The notes below the pieces were generated by a model. It was not told the DNA's origin. It did not search any database and saw only the letters and a list, made by a program, of their open reading frames with translations. Below are positions 18,590 through 28,010 of a stretch of DNA of 64,000 nucleotides, in pieces; within the stretch, counting starts at the first letter, position 1, and every line of letters begins with the position of its first letter. This DNA comes from Myxococcota bacterium (GTDB lineage Bacteria > Myxococcota_A > UBA796 > CAJQPC01), in assembly GCA_036229005.1 (NCBI GenBank), contig JAZAMN010000024.1, positions 258,364 to 322,363 of the forward strand, in the 5' to 3' direction. The translations under genes were made by a program, and so were the position numbers.

Positions 18590-20412
18590 AGGCCTGGCCG
18601 GCCCAGCTCGCCTCCGGGGCGGTGGTGCTCCTGCTGGGAGCGGTGCTCGTCTTCGCCCAGCCTCTGGGAGAGGGAGGGGAGCTGGCGCGGGCCTGCGCGG
18701 CGGTGCTCATCTGGGGCCTCTCAGCGATGGGGCTCGGCGGGGGCATCCTGGGGCGGGCGCGCGCTGGTGAGGCGCTGGCGCTGGGGATCGGGATCCTGGG
18801 GCTCGTGCTGCTCCTGTTCGCCGGCTTGGGGCTGCTCTCGCCCTTCATGATCGCGGGGGTCGCGGTCGCGGGAGCCGCGGGGTGGATCCTGCGCCCCGAG
18901 CTGGAGGTGGACCTGGACCCTCGGGTGGGTGTCCTGCTGCTGCCGCTGCTCGCGATGGGGGGCATCCAGGCGCTCGCGCCGCCCATCGACACCGACGAGA
19001 TCTACCAGCACCTGGCGCTGCCCAAGATGATGCTGCACACCGGCGGGCTCGTGGGCGGGATGTTCACCCCCGACGGCTCCCGTCCGATGGGGCTGCACCT
19101 GAACTATGCGGCGCTGCTCAGCTTCGGGGGAGCGCCCGCGGTCAAGGGCTTCCACCTGCTCCTGGCCCTGCTCCTGCTCGCCGAGGTGCAGCGCCTGGGC
19201 GAGAAGCTGGCCCCCATGGCGGGCTGGGCGGGCGCGATGGCGCTGGCGGGCTCCTTCACCTTCCTGCGGGAGCTTGGCCTCGCCGACAACAACCTGCCCA
19301 CCGCGCTGATGGGCCTCTACGGGCTCCGGGCGGTGATCCAGGATCGTCCGGGCCGCCTCGCGCTCTTCTCCGGCCTGGCCCTGTCCTTCAAGTACACCGC
19401 CGCGCCGCTGGTCTTTGGCCTCTACCTGGGCGACCTGGTGTGGCGCCGGGACCTCAAGCGCAGCGCCTGGACCACCGCGGCCGCCCTGGGCATGGTCGCG
19501 CCCTGGTGGATCCGCAACCTGCTGGGGGGGCTGCACCCGCTCTTCCCCTACGCCGGGTGGCCGGCGGGCGACCGCTTCGTGTTCGCCTACGTCGAGCGCT
19601 ACGGGATGGGCCGCGACCTGCTCTCCCTGCTGATGCTGCCCTGGAACGCCACCCTCCACGGCGATCCCACCCGCTACGAGGGCTTCCTGGGGCGCATCTC
19701 CCCCCTGGGCCTGGCCGCTCTACCCGGGGGCCTCTACGCGTGCTGGCGGGCCTCCTCCGAGCGCAAGCCGGCCTGGGCGGTGGTGTTGGGGAGCGCCGCG
19801 GTCTGCCTGCTGGGCTGGGCGCTGGGGGCCCACTGGCTGCGCTACCTGCTGCCGGCCGCGCCTGCGATCGCCCTCGCCATCGGGTTGGGGGTCGCGGTCC
19901 TGCCGCGCTGGGGCTGGGTAGCCGCCGGTCTGGTGTGGGTGGCTGGTCTGCCCTCGAACCTCAAGCCCCACCTCCAGGGTCTGGCGCCCCTCGCGCAGGT
20001 CTTGGGGGGGGAGCGCACCCGCGAGGCGCTGCTGGAGGAGAAGGTCCCCGGCTACGCCGCAATCCGCTGGGTGAACAACGAGGCGCCCCCCACAGCCCGG
20101 ATCGCCATGGCGTTCACCTGGGGCGGCTACCATCTGGACCGGCCCTACGTCCTGGGCTCCGTCGAGGACCACGTCCCCATGCGCCACCTGCTCTACCTGC
20201 ACGGCGACCAGACCCTCCCCCTGCTGCGCGAGCTGGGGGTCACCCACGTGGTCACCGGGCGGGTGCACTTCATCCACAAGACCTACCCCTTCCTGGACGA
20301 CGCCACCTTCAACGAGCAGTTCACCCAGCCCGAGGAGCAGTGGGAGGAGATGCTCCTGGAGCAGGGGACCCTGGTGTTCGAGCAGGGCCGCAGCAGCGTG
20401 TGGCGCCTGTGA
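18586..20412 (+). CDS. GT-C (ArnT/PMT-like) membrane glycosyltransferase
   Basis: Many TM helices; PPIDTDEIYQHLALPK, KYT and PWWIRN..G.HPLFP; GTGA overlap with the previous gene. Confidence 0.75.
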   Translation: MKAWPAQLASGAVVLLLGAVLVFAQPLGEGGELARACAAVLIWGLSAMGLGGGILGRARAGEALALGIGILGLVLLLFAGLGLLSPFMIAGVAVAGAAGWILRPELEVDLDPRVGVLLLPLLAMGGIQALAPPIDTDEIYQHLALPKMMLHTGGLVGGMFTPDGSRPMGLHLNYAALLSFGGAPAVKGFHLLLALLLLAEVQRLGEKLAPMAGWAGAMALAGSFTFLRELGLADNNLPTALMGLYGLRAVIQDRPGRLALFSGLALSFKYTAAPLVFGLYLGDLVWRRDLKRSAWTTAAALGMVAPWWIRNLLGGLHPLFPYAGWPAGDRFVFAYVERYGMGRDLLSLLMLPWNATLHGDPTRYEGFLGRISPLGLAALPGGLYACWRASSERKPAWAVVLGSAAVCLLGWALGAHWLRYLLPAAPAIALAIGLGVAVLPRWGWVAAGLVWVAGLPSNLKPHLQGLAPLAQVLGGERTREALLEEKVPGYAAIRWVNNEAPPTARIAMAFTWGGYHLDRPYVLGSVEDHVPMRHLLYLHGDQTLPLLRELGVTHVVTGRVHFIHKTYPFLDDATFNEQFTQPEEQWEEMLLEQGTLVFEQGRSSVWRL

Positions 20413-22187
20413 GCGAGCTGCCTGCCGAGCCTTCGGTCGAGACCACTGCCGCTGGTGAGGAGGGGCTTGGGTCCCCTTCAGAGCGCCCGCCCCAACCGCC
20501 CTGGCTCAAGTGGCTCTCACGCGCAGCCGGCCTGGGAATCGACCTCCTGGCCATCTCCCTGGTGCTGTGGCTGCGCTTGCTGGTCTGGCCCCGGGGCCTG
20601 CCCGAGGACACACTGGCCCAGCTCCCCGACGCGGACTCCCCGCTGTGGGCCTGGGTGGGCAGCGGGGACTTCATGCTCTTCGGGCCCGACGCCGGCCAGT
20701 GGGCCGAGAGCGCGCAGAACTGGCTGAGCGGGGCCCGCCTGGATCCCCACCGCATGCCCGTCTACACCGCGCTCACGGCCTGGCTGTCCCCCGGCGGCGA
20801 GGTCATCGTGGGGGGCCACCTGGTCAACCACCTGGCGGGTCTGCTCACCGCGGTGCTGGTCTACGTGGCGGGCTCGCTGAGCTCCGGGCGCGGGGTGGGG
20901 CTGGGCGCTGCGCTCTGGGTGGCCGCGCTGCCGGCCCTGATCTCCTCGCAGATGGTCTATGGCGTCGACCCGAGCTTTGCGCTGATGTTCATGTTGGCGG
21001 TGAGCGCGACGGTGGCGACCGCCCGGTGGTGGTTCCTCTTCCCCTTGGCGGGCATCGCGTCGGGGCTGCTGGCCGGCACGCACTACCTGGGGCTGGCCTT
21101 CCCGGTGGTGTTCGCGCTCTTCGCCGCCACGACGGAGGGCCGCTGGTGGGCCAAGCTGCTGGCCTTCGTGGGCACCCTGACGATCGCCGCGGGCGTGCTG
21201 CACTGGCTGCTCTCGGTGTTCCCGGGCTTCGGCATCGGCGACATCGTGGGCACCTACCAGGAGGGCATCTCCAACCCCACGGGCGGCGCGGACCAGGTGA
21301 CCGAGCCCCTGCGGGAGCGCCTGATCACGGCCCCCCGGCTGGCGGTGCAGCGCGGCTTGATGCCCCTGCTCCAGACCGACCTGCCGTGGACGCTGCTGGT
21401 GGTCCTGATGTGGGTGGGGGTGGTGGGCTTCCAACTCCCTGGCCGCAAGGACAAGCCCTGGGACTGGCGCATGGGCCTGGGCCTGCTGATCCTGTGCGGG
21501 CCGCTGATGCTCCTGGAGGCCACCCGCGCGCCCGAGCGCTACCGCGACTTCCTGCGGCCCGTGGTGATCCTGCTGGTGATGCGCGGCGTCGGTGGGCTGG
21601 GCGCGGCGGCCGAGTGGGGGATCGGGCGCAAGCTCTGGCCGCAGCGTTGGCCGGCGATCCCCCGGGGCTGGCTGCCGGTCCTGCTCTGCGGCGGGGTCGG
21701 CTGGTTCGGGCTCAATGGGCTGATGGGCCACTGGCCAGGGCCCCAGGCGGGCGCGGCTCCCGGGGGCACCCATCAGCCGCACGGCCAGCACTCCCAGGGC
21801 GGTCCGGGCGCCTACGAGCAGGCCGTCGGTCAGGCGGTCAAGCGCCTGTTCCCGGAGGCGCCGAACCTGATGGTCACCCGCCAGGTGGTCGCCTTCCACT
21901 CCGGCATGGACGCCTGCCCGGCCAACCCCTGCGGGAACCGCGCCGGGACCCTGCACTCCTGCCGCGTCAAGGTCGACATGCAGTGCAAGGGCGAGGTGAT
22001 CCCGGTGGTGGTCGAGATCGTGGACGGGCAGGTCACCCCCGACGCGCTCAACGGCGTGTTCGATGAGTGGGTGTGGCAGAGCTTCGAGCCCATCGAGACC
22101 CTGGCGGACCCCGAGTCGGGCTCCAAGAGCCTGATCTACGCCCTGCCCCGCGAAGAGATCAGGCCAGCACAGACCCAAGGCTTCTGA
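20409..22187 (+). CDS. Polytopic membrane protein, probable GT-C glycosyltransferase
   Basis: GTGA overlap; GPDAGQW...HRMPVY early loop; about 10 TM helices; periplasmic C-terminus. Confidence 0.6.
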   Translation: MSELPAEPSVETTAAGEEGLGSPSERPPQPPWLKWLSRAAGLGIDLLAISLVLWLRLLVWPRGLPEDTLAQLPDADSPLWAWVGSGDFMLFGPDAGQWAESAQNWLSGARLDPHRMPVYTALTAWLSPGGEVIVGGHLVNHLAGLLTAVLVYVAGSLSSGRGVGLGAALWVAALPALISSQMVYGVDPSFALMFMLAVSATVATARWWFLFPLAGIASGLLAGTHYLGLAFPVVFALFAATTEGRWWAKLLAFVGTLTIAAGVLHWLLSVFPGFGIGDIVGTYQEGISNPTGGADQVTEPLRERLITAPRLAVQRGLMPLLQTDLPWTLLVVLMWVGVVGFQLPGRKDKPWDWRMGLGLLILCGPLMLLEATRAPERYRDFLRPVVILLVMRGVGGLGAAAEWGIGRKLWPQRWPAIPRGWLPVLLCGGVGWFGLNGLMGHWPGPQAGAAPGGTHQPHGQHSQGGPGAYEQAVGQAVKRLFPEAPNLMVTRQVVAFHSGMDACPANPCGNRAGTLHSCRVKVDMQCKGEVIPVVVEIVDGQVTPDALNGVFDEWVWQSFEPIETLADPESGSKSLIYALPREEIRPAQTQGF

Positions 22188-23307
22188 GCCCCGCCGCCCC
22201 CGGGAACACGCGCTCGTCCGTGGGGGCGCCCAGGTGCTCGAGGGCCGCCTTGAAGAGGGCGCGCAGATCGGTGGTGGGGCGCAGGTCCCGGTCCTCGTGG
22301 AGCTGCGCGAGCCCCGGCCAGTCCCCGAGCACCACGCCGCCCGCCGCCGCCCCGCCCGCGTAGAGCGCCGCCGAGCCCGTGCCGTGGTCGCTCCCGGCGG
22401 TCCCGTTGCCCCGCACGGTGCGCCCGAACTCCGTGACCGCCAGGACCAGCGTGTCCTCCCAGCGCGGGCCCAGGCCCTTCTTGAGGGCAGCGAGGCCGTC
22501 CGCGAGGCGCCCCAGGTTGGCGTCCAGGCGCCGCTGCTGGTTGTTGTGGGTGTCCCAGCCGCCCATCTGGACCACGGCCACCTGGGGACCGTCCGCCGGC
22601 GCCATGAGCCTGCCGAGCTGCCGCGCCAGCCCCGGGTTCAGGCCCAGGTCCTTGCGCGTGGTGCGGGCCATCGTCTGCCCGTCCTCGGCGAGCTCCATGC
22701 GCAGCGCGAGGCCCTGCGTGTAGGCCGGGCCCAGCAGCGCGTCCCGCTGGTAGAGCGTCTGCATCGCGCTCAGGAAGGCTGCGTCCGAGTGCATCTCCCG
22801 GCTCAGGTCCACCGAGTCCACCGGGGCCTCACCGCGCAGCACCAGCGGGAGCTGGTCCCCCACCGCCAGGGCGCTGCCTCCGCTGGCCAGCAGGGCCCGG
22901 TTCAGCCAGCCCGTGCGGCTCCCCTGGGGGCGCTCCGTGCCGTTCTCCAGCAGGTCCAGGGCGTCAAAGTGCGAGCGCCCGGTGTAGGGGAGGGCGATCG
23001 CGTGGACCAGGCCCAGCTCTCCGGTGGCGAACCACGGATGGATCGGGGCCATCGCCGGGTGCAGGCCAAAGAAGCCGTCCAGCTCCAGCACGCCCTGGGG
23101 GTGCTCGGGGCCGTCCAGGGCCAGGTGACCTCGCCGGCGCCGATAGTCCGGATCCATGGTGGGCGCGCAGAGGGCCAGGCCGTCCAGCGCGCCGTTCAAG
23201 AGCACCAGGATCAGCCTCTTCTCCTGGGCCTGGGCGAAGGCCAGCCCGGGCAGGAGCGCGACGCCTGCGGCTGCGAGGCTCAGGGAGAGGAGCTGGCGGC
23301 GTCTCAT
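22159..23307 (-). CDS. DUF1501 family protein with Tat-like signal
   Basis: MRRRQLL; LNGALDGL, FGLHP, RSHFDA, GWDTH, TEFGRT and GSDHG. Confidence 0.9.
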   Translation of the reverse strand: MRRRQLLSLSLAAAGVALLPGLAFAQAQEKRLILVLLNGALDGLALCAPTMDPDYRRRRGHLALDGPEHPQGVLELDGFFGLHPAMAPIHPWFATGELGLVHAIALPYTGRSHFDALDLLENGTERPQGSRTGWLNRALLASGGSALAVGDQLPLVLRGEAPVDSVDLSREMHSDAAFLSAMQTLYQRDALLGPAYTQGLALRMELAEDGQTMARTTRKDLGLNPGLARQLGRLMAPADGPQVAVVQMGGWDTHNNQQRRLDANLGRLADGLAALKKGLGPRWEDTLVLAVTEFGRTVRGNGTAGSDHGTGSAALYAGGAAAGGVVLGDWPGLAQLHEDRDLRPTTDLRALFKAALEHLGAPTDERVFPGAAGLRSLGSVLA

Positions 23308-24614
23308 GAGACCACTCCGGCCCGCCACTGGAACTCTGGGCTGCCCAACAACACCGACAGCTGATCCGCCGGCGAGGACAGGCTGAGCATCACCTTGCGC
23401 GTGCGCTCGGACAGGAAGGGCCCCAGCAGGCGCTCGGCGAGCTGGGGGACGCTGCGGTCCAGGGACACCTTGGCGGCCACCCGGCGGGCCAGGTCCACGC
23501 GCGCGACGACGGCGTCCGGTCCGGCCCAGTCCTCGGCGCGGTCCGACCACCCCTGGGGCGATGGCGCGGCGAATGGGAGCTGTCCCAGGGTGCGCCGGGC
23601 CTGGACGAGCAGCTCCCCGTCGCCCTCGTAGCCGACCCCCCGAGCGATGGCGCACACCAGGTCTGCGGGGGTGCGCAGCTTGCGCTGGCTGGGGTCCCAG
23701 GCGCTCTCCAGGTGGATCAGGGCGCGGTGCACGGTGGGAAGGTGGCCCTCGCTGTGCAGGAAGGTGTCGGCGATGGTCTGGACGTCCTCTTTGGTGGGGG
23801 CGTCGGAGACAAAGTGGCGCACCAGCTTCTCGGCAATGTGGCGTGCGGTGGCCGGGTGATTCGCGAGCAGGTCCAGCGCCTCTTGGCCCTCCTCTTCGCC
23901 GCCGGTGCGGATGGTGGTGCCCAGGAGCTGCTTGTCGCCGGGCTGGTGGCGGCGCGGCTCGAAGTGGAAGGGATCCTGGCGCACGCCGGGCTCCAGCCCC
24001 CAGCCGGTGAGGATCTCGGCCAGCGCGCGCACGTCGTCCTGGTTGTAGCCGCCGTTGACCCCCAGGGTGTGCAGCTCCATGAGCTCGCGGGCCAGGTTCT
24101 CGTTCAGGCCGCGGCCGCGCTTGAGGCCGGCCTGGGACTGGGGGCCGACGCTGCGCACCTGGTCCAGGTAGAGCAGCATGGCGGGGTGGTGGGTGACGGC
24201 GCCCAGCAGGCCGCGGAAGCTGCCGCCCAGGTAGGGGCGGATGGCCTGGCGCTCGTAGTTGCCGACCAGCCCCACGCAACGGATCTGGGTGATGGACACG
24301 GCGAAGTGGTTGGACCAGAAGCGCACCAGCCGCTCCTGGAAGGGGCTGCGCGTGGTGGCGGCGTAGCGCTCGCGCAGGGCGACCTCGTGGTCGTAGATGC
24401 TGCGGGAGATGTCGCGGCGCTCCTTGCCGGAGCGCTTGTCGGCGCGGTGCAGGCGCCAGGTCAGCGACTCGACGCGCTCCAGGCCCGCGGGGCCGGAGGT
24501 GGGGGAGAGTTGGGCCTCCAACCAGCCGCGGGGGTCGGTGGCGATGCGCGCGAGCTCGCCGGGGCGGGCGCCCAGGCCGAAGCGGTTGGCGGCGATGGCG
24601 GCGGCGGTGGACAT
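23304..24614 (-). CDS. DUF1800 family protein
   Basis: RFGLG, ERLVRFWSNHF, PAMLLYLD, NENLARELMELHTLG and SPEFQ; usual partner of DUF1501. Confidence 0.92.
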   Translation of the reverse strand: MSTAAAIAANRFGLGARPGELARIATDPRGWLEAQLSPTSGPAGLERVESLTWRLHRADKRSGKERRDISRSIYDHEVALRERYAATTRSPFQERLVRFWSNHFAVSITQIRCVGLVGNYERQAIRPYLGGSFRGLLGAVTHHPAMLLYLDQVRSVGPQSQAGLKRGRGLNENLARELMELHTLGVNGGYNQDDVRALAEILTGWGLEPGVRQDPFHFEPRRHQPGDKQLLGTTIRTGGEEEGQEALDLLANHPATARHIAEKLVRHFVSDAPTKEDVQTIADTFLHSEGHLPTVHRALIHLESAWDPSQRKLRTPADLVCAIARGVGYEGDGELLVQARRTLGQLPFAAPSPQGWSDRAEDWAGPDAVVARVDLARRVAAKVSLDRSVPQLAERLLGPFLSERTRKVMLSLSSPADQLSVLLGSPEFQWRAGVVS

Positions 24615-24657
24615 GTGGCCTTGGGACGTGGCGGAGGCCAGAGTATTCGCCGGCGGC

Positions 24658-24978
24658 TCAGCCCTGAAGCGACAGCACCGCGTGGATCCGCCGCAGAAGG
24701 CGACCGCGGTAGCCCGGACTGGCCACCGAGGCGGCGATGACGGCCACCCCCACGGGGCTGCTCAGGAGCAGGGGGAGGGACCAGCTCGCGTAGCCGCTGG
24801 CGCTCAGGCAGGCGGAGATGGCCGTGAAGATCAGCAGCCAGTAGAGGGCGAGGGGGCGGGGGATGCGCAGGACACGGAAGGCCACAACGTGCAGGCCAGC
24901 GACCGCGATCCACGGTCCGGGGCCCTGGGCGCCAGCGAGGACAACGCTGGTGAAGGCGAGCAGGGCGACGCGCAGCAT
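24658..24978 (-). CDS. Small hypothetical membrane protein
   Basis: GGAG SD; 3-4 hydrophobic helices. Confidence 0.55.
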   Translation of the reverse strand: MLRVALLAFTSVVLAGAQGPGPWIAVAGLHVVAFRVLRIPRPLALYWLLIFTAISACLSASGYASWSLPLLLSSPVGVAVIAASVASPGYRGRLLRRIHAVLSLQG

Positions 24979-25011
24979 GGCGCACTCCGGGCGGGGCGGT
25001 TCCGAGAGGGG

Positions 25012-25140
25012 AGAACCTGGTGCTCCGGCACGGTCTGCCGAGTTTTGGAGACAGTCGTCACGCCCGAGAGAAGCGTTTTCATCTCACCGAGGTCCCATGC
25101 TCCCCGGTGGATTCGCTGACTGTGCCGGAGCACCTGGTCT
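25012..25140 (+). ncRNA. Candidate structured RNA or palindromic element (long rod-like hairpin)
   Basis: GGTGCTCCGGCACGGTC (25019-25035) pairs with GACTGTGCCGGAGCACC (25118-25134); pairing continues inward with G-U pairs. Confidence 0.4.
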
Positions 25141-25401
25141 GCTGGGAGGTGTTGCAGGACCCGTGCCAGGCCGCAGAGGGCGAAAACAGGGGCAGCATGA
25201 CCTCGCTTGCGACGGGGTGTCGGTGCGGGTGCGCGGGGGGCCCAGGGGCTGGACAGGGTGTCAGTCGTTGTGAAAAACAGACGGCTCTCTACTTCCTGTT
25301 GCAGGCCGCTCCGAGGGGATGGGGGTGCGACAATGCGCCCGCTGGTGCAACCAGGCGCATGCGGCGGTGTCTCTGCTCCACCTTGTGGATAGAGTGCTGC
25401 C

Positions 25402-25938
25402 ATGTCTGACGATGATGCCTTGATTGAAGCCGACGCACCCAAGCCCCGCTCCGGAGGCTGGCTGCGCTACGTGAAGGACTGGGGTCTGTCGATCCTGGTC
25501 GCCCTGCTCGTGTACTGGGGGATCGGCTGGCTGCGCGCCCCGGACCTGCCGGACGAGGCGCCGGACTTTGCGCTGCAGACGCTGGAGGGGGAGACGGTGC
25601 GCCTGAGCGACTACCGCGGTCAGACCGTGGTGGTGAACTTCTGGGCGACCTGGTGTGGGCCCTGCATGCAGGAGATCCCCACCTTCAACGAGTTCGCGGT
25701 GGAGAACCCGGACATCCCCATCCTGGGCATCGCCACGGACTCCAACCCGGCCAAGATCAAGGTCACCGCCAAGAAGAAGGACATGCAGTACCCGGTGCTG
25801 CTGGGCACCTCCGAGGTGCAGGCGCTCTACGGGGTGACCACCCTGCCGACCACGGTGATCGTGGGCCCGGACGGTCAGGTCGAGGACGTGCACGTGGGCA
25901 TCATGCTCAAGCCCCAGCTCGCCCTGGCGACACGCTGA
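25402..25938 (+). CDS. TlpA/ResA-like membrane-anchored thiol-disulfide oxidoreductase
   Basis: TM helix, APDFAL, NFWATWCGPC and cis-Pro LPTT. Confidence 0.92.
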   Translation: MSDDDALIEADAPKPRSGGWLRYVKDWGLSILVALLVYWGIGWLRAPDLPDEAPDFALQTLEGETVRLSDYRGQTVVVNFWATWCGPCMQEIPTFNEFAVENPDIPILGIATDSNPAKIKVTAKKKDMQYPVLLGTSEVQALYGVTTLPTTVIVGPDGQVEDVHVGIMLKPQLALATR

Positions 25939-26025
25939 CGCGTCCATCTGGGGGGGGAGTTGCCCGACGCTCCTTGACCGTCCACGCCTGTTCGGCCTAT
26001 TCCGGCGGGGTAGCGGAGGTGTGCT

Positions 26026-26793
26026 GTGAGTGAAGGGCTGTCCACGGGGGCCAAGGTCGCGATCGGAATCGGGGCGCTGTGTGTGCTCTGCTGTGGTGGC
26101 CCCGCCGCGGTGCTGGGGATCCAGGAAGCCACGATGACCCCCGAGGAGAAGGCCGCTCGGGCCGCCGCCAAGGAGGCGGAGATCCAGGCGGGCAAGGACG
26201 TCGAGGCCGGGCTGATCAAGCTCGCGGGCATGCAGGCGGAGTTCGACCCCCTGACCTGGGACGACGACAAGGCCTGTGATGCCGCAGACCTGAGCGCGCG
26301 CAAGGGCGACGACCGGCTGCTGCTCACGGACTTCACCGAGCTGGAGGTGCTGGCCAAGCGGGCCGGCGGCGACGGGGACGCCAACGACGCGGCCTACTAC
26401 TGGGAGTTCCGGCGCTCCGAGATGCCCGGGAACTTCACCGGGGGCCTGGGCTATGGGCCGACGGACTACAGCTACCAGGAGCTGGGCGAGCACCCGCTGG
26501 TGGGGCTCTACGTGGACCTGGAGGTCTACGAGCCCGAGACCTACGACGACGAGAGCTTCGAGGGCGGGTACTACGACGGCTACCTGGTGGTCGTGGACGC
26601 GCGCACCCAGGAGCGGCTGTGCTGGCACCGCTTCGTGGCGGAGAACTCCGAGGTCGTGGAGTTCGAGGAGGGCTTCTCCGAGGACTACTCGATGAAGAAG
26701 GCCATCAACAAGGACTTCCAGAAGAACTTCAAGGCCGCCGTGAAGGCCCTGGACTTTGGGCCGGTCAAGGCGGTGATCGGCGTGTTCGGGTAG
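26026..26793 (+). CDS. Hypothetical membrane-anchored protein
   Basis: GGAGG SD; N-terminal TM with LCCGG; strong GC3 bias. Confidence 0.75.
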   Translation: MSEGLSTGAKVAIGIGALCVLCCGGPAAVLGIQEATMTPEEKAARAAAKEAEIQAGKDVEAGLIKLAGMQAEFDPLTWDDDKACDAADLSARKGDDRLLLTDFTELEVLAKRAGGDGDANDAAYYWEFRRSEMPGNFTGGLGYGPTDYSYQELGEHPLVGLYVDLEVYEPETYDDESFEGGYYDGYLVVVDARTQERLCWHRFVAENSEVVEFEEGFSEDYSMKKAINKDFQKNFKAAVKALDFGPVKAVIGVFG

Positions 26794-26858
26794 CCGAATG
26801 CCCGAGCGGGTGCCGACGCTCGGCGGGAGGGTGTCCTCGCCGGCGCCGGGAGCTGGAC

Positions 26859-27992
26859 TCAGTCCTGGGGGGGCTGGAATCCAGGGAGGTTGATCGAGGG
26901 GGTCTGGGCGACCTCCCCGTTCTTCTCCATCCGCTGGATGACCCCCTGCACGAGCAGAGGCCAGACCAGCGTGGCGTCGGCGTAGACCTCGGCGAAGCGG
27001 CCGCCCTCGGCGGGGGGGACGAACTTGCCCCAGGACACGCCCTCGCTGTAGGTGCAGCCGCTCAGGCCGCCCCAGTGGGTGGGCTCCGGGCAGATGCGCA
27101 CGGCGTAGCGGAAGCGGTTGAGCTGCTCGTTGCGGCCCAGGGGCTTGTTCATGTAGTCCACAAAGGGGCTGGCCTGCTGGGCCCAGTTGCGGGGCACGCC
27201 GCCGCCGATGGTGAAGATGCCCAGGCGGTCGCTGTTGAGGACGAAGCGGGTGTAGTGCGCCAGATCCAGGAAGGGGTCGTACTTGGAGCGCAGCTTGCCC
27301 AGGCCGTCGGAGACGGAGGTCTCGCTGTCGCCGCGCAGCATCTGCTCCATGTAGAAGGTCGCCAGGTCCAGCCCGAACTCGGAGTCGGTGAGGGCGGGGA
27401 TGAACACCGGGACGCCCTTGCGGTAGCAGGCGCTCAGGATGCCGCGGGTGCCGGGCGAGGCCAGGTACTTGCCGACCTGCTGGGTCAGGTGCCAGGAGCT
27501 GTAGACGTCCAGCTCGGCGTCGATGTGCTTGAAGATGCCGCGCAGCTTGGAGCCCAGGGAGTTCAGGGACTCTTCGAGCTCGTAGGTGTCGTAGACGCGG
27601 TTGTAGCCCTTGTCGAAGAGCTCGGCGTCGTTGAGGTCGGGGCGCGCCTTGTAGTGGGACATGCCCGCCAGCTCGACCATGCCGTGGGTCATCAGGGCGC
27701 CGGTGGACACGATGGCCTGCACCCAGCCGCGCTCGACCATCTCGGTGATGACCAGGCCCATCTTGGCGACCGTCATGGCGCCGGAGAGGGTCATGACGAC
27801 CCCGCAGCGGGGATCGGTGACCATGGCGTGGAGGGCCTCAGCGGCCTCGCCCAGGTTGCGCCCGCCGAACGCGGTGCTGCCCATGGCGGCCAGGAGCTGG
27901 TCGGCGTCGCCGATCTTGCCCAGGTCCAGGGTCTCCAGGGCCTCCAGCCCGCTGCCGTCTGCCAGCTCGCGCCGGGTGGTGTCCTTGCTCAT
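26859..27992 (-). CDS. Deoxyhypusine synthase-like protein (likely polyamine/homospermidine synthesis)
   Basis: STGA, IPALTDSE, IGGGVPRNW, GGLSGCTYSEGVSWGK and ADATL. Confidence 0.9.
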   Translation of the reverse strand: MSKDTTRRELADGSGLEALETLDLGKIGDADQLLAAMGSTAFGGRNLGEAAEALHAMVTDPRCGVVMTLSGAMTVAKMGLVITEMVERGWVQAIVSTGALMTHGMVELAGMSHYKARPDLNDAELFDKGYNRVYDTYELEESLNSLGSKLRGIFKHIDAELDVYSSWHLTQQVGKYLASPGTRGILSACYRKGVPVFIPALTDSEFGLDLATFYMEQMLRGDSETSVSDGLGKLRSKYDPFLDLAHYTRFVLNSDRLGIFTIGGGVPRNWAQQASPFVDYMNKPLGRNEQLNRFRYAVRICPEPTHWGGLSGCTYSEGVSWGKFVPPAEGGRFAEVYADATLVWPLLVQGVIQRMEKNGEVAQTPSINLPGFQPPQD

Positions 27993-28010
27993 TGTCCGCT
28001 CCGTCAGGGC

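Noticed and set aside
18882..20408. Long N-terminal extension of the 1101-aa ORF
   Set aside because: Off-frame to the GT-C gene; the real start is GTG 20409
23308..24279. Possible DUF1800-DUF1501 fusion
   Set aside because: Different frames; DUF1501 has its own ATGA-overlap start with a Tat-like signal
25383..25392. TTGTGGATAG as a DnaA box (also near 31160)
   Set aside because: Single mismatched copies with no cluster or AT-rich unwinding region; better explained as promoter -10 context
24980..25400. Known riboswitch, SRP RNA, tRNA or retron msr-msd in the large intergenic gap
   Set aside because: No cobalamin, c-di-GMP, SRP or tRNA consensus recognised, and no reverse transcriptase nearby; the short ORFs here lack codon bias
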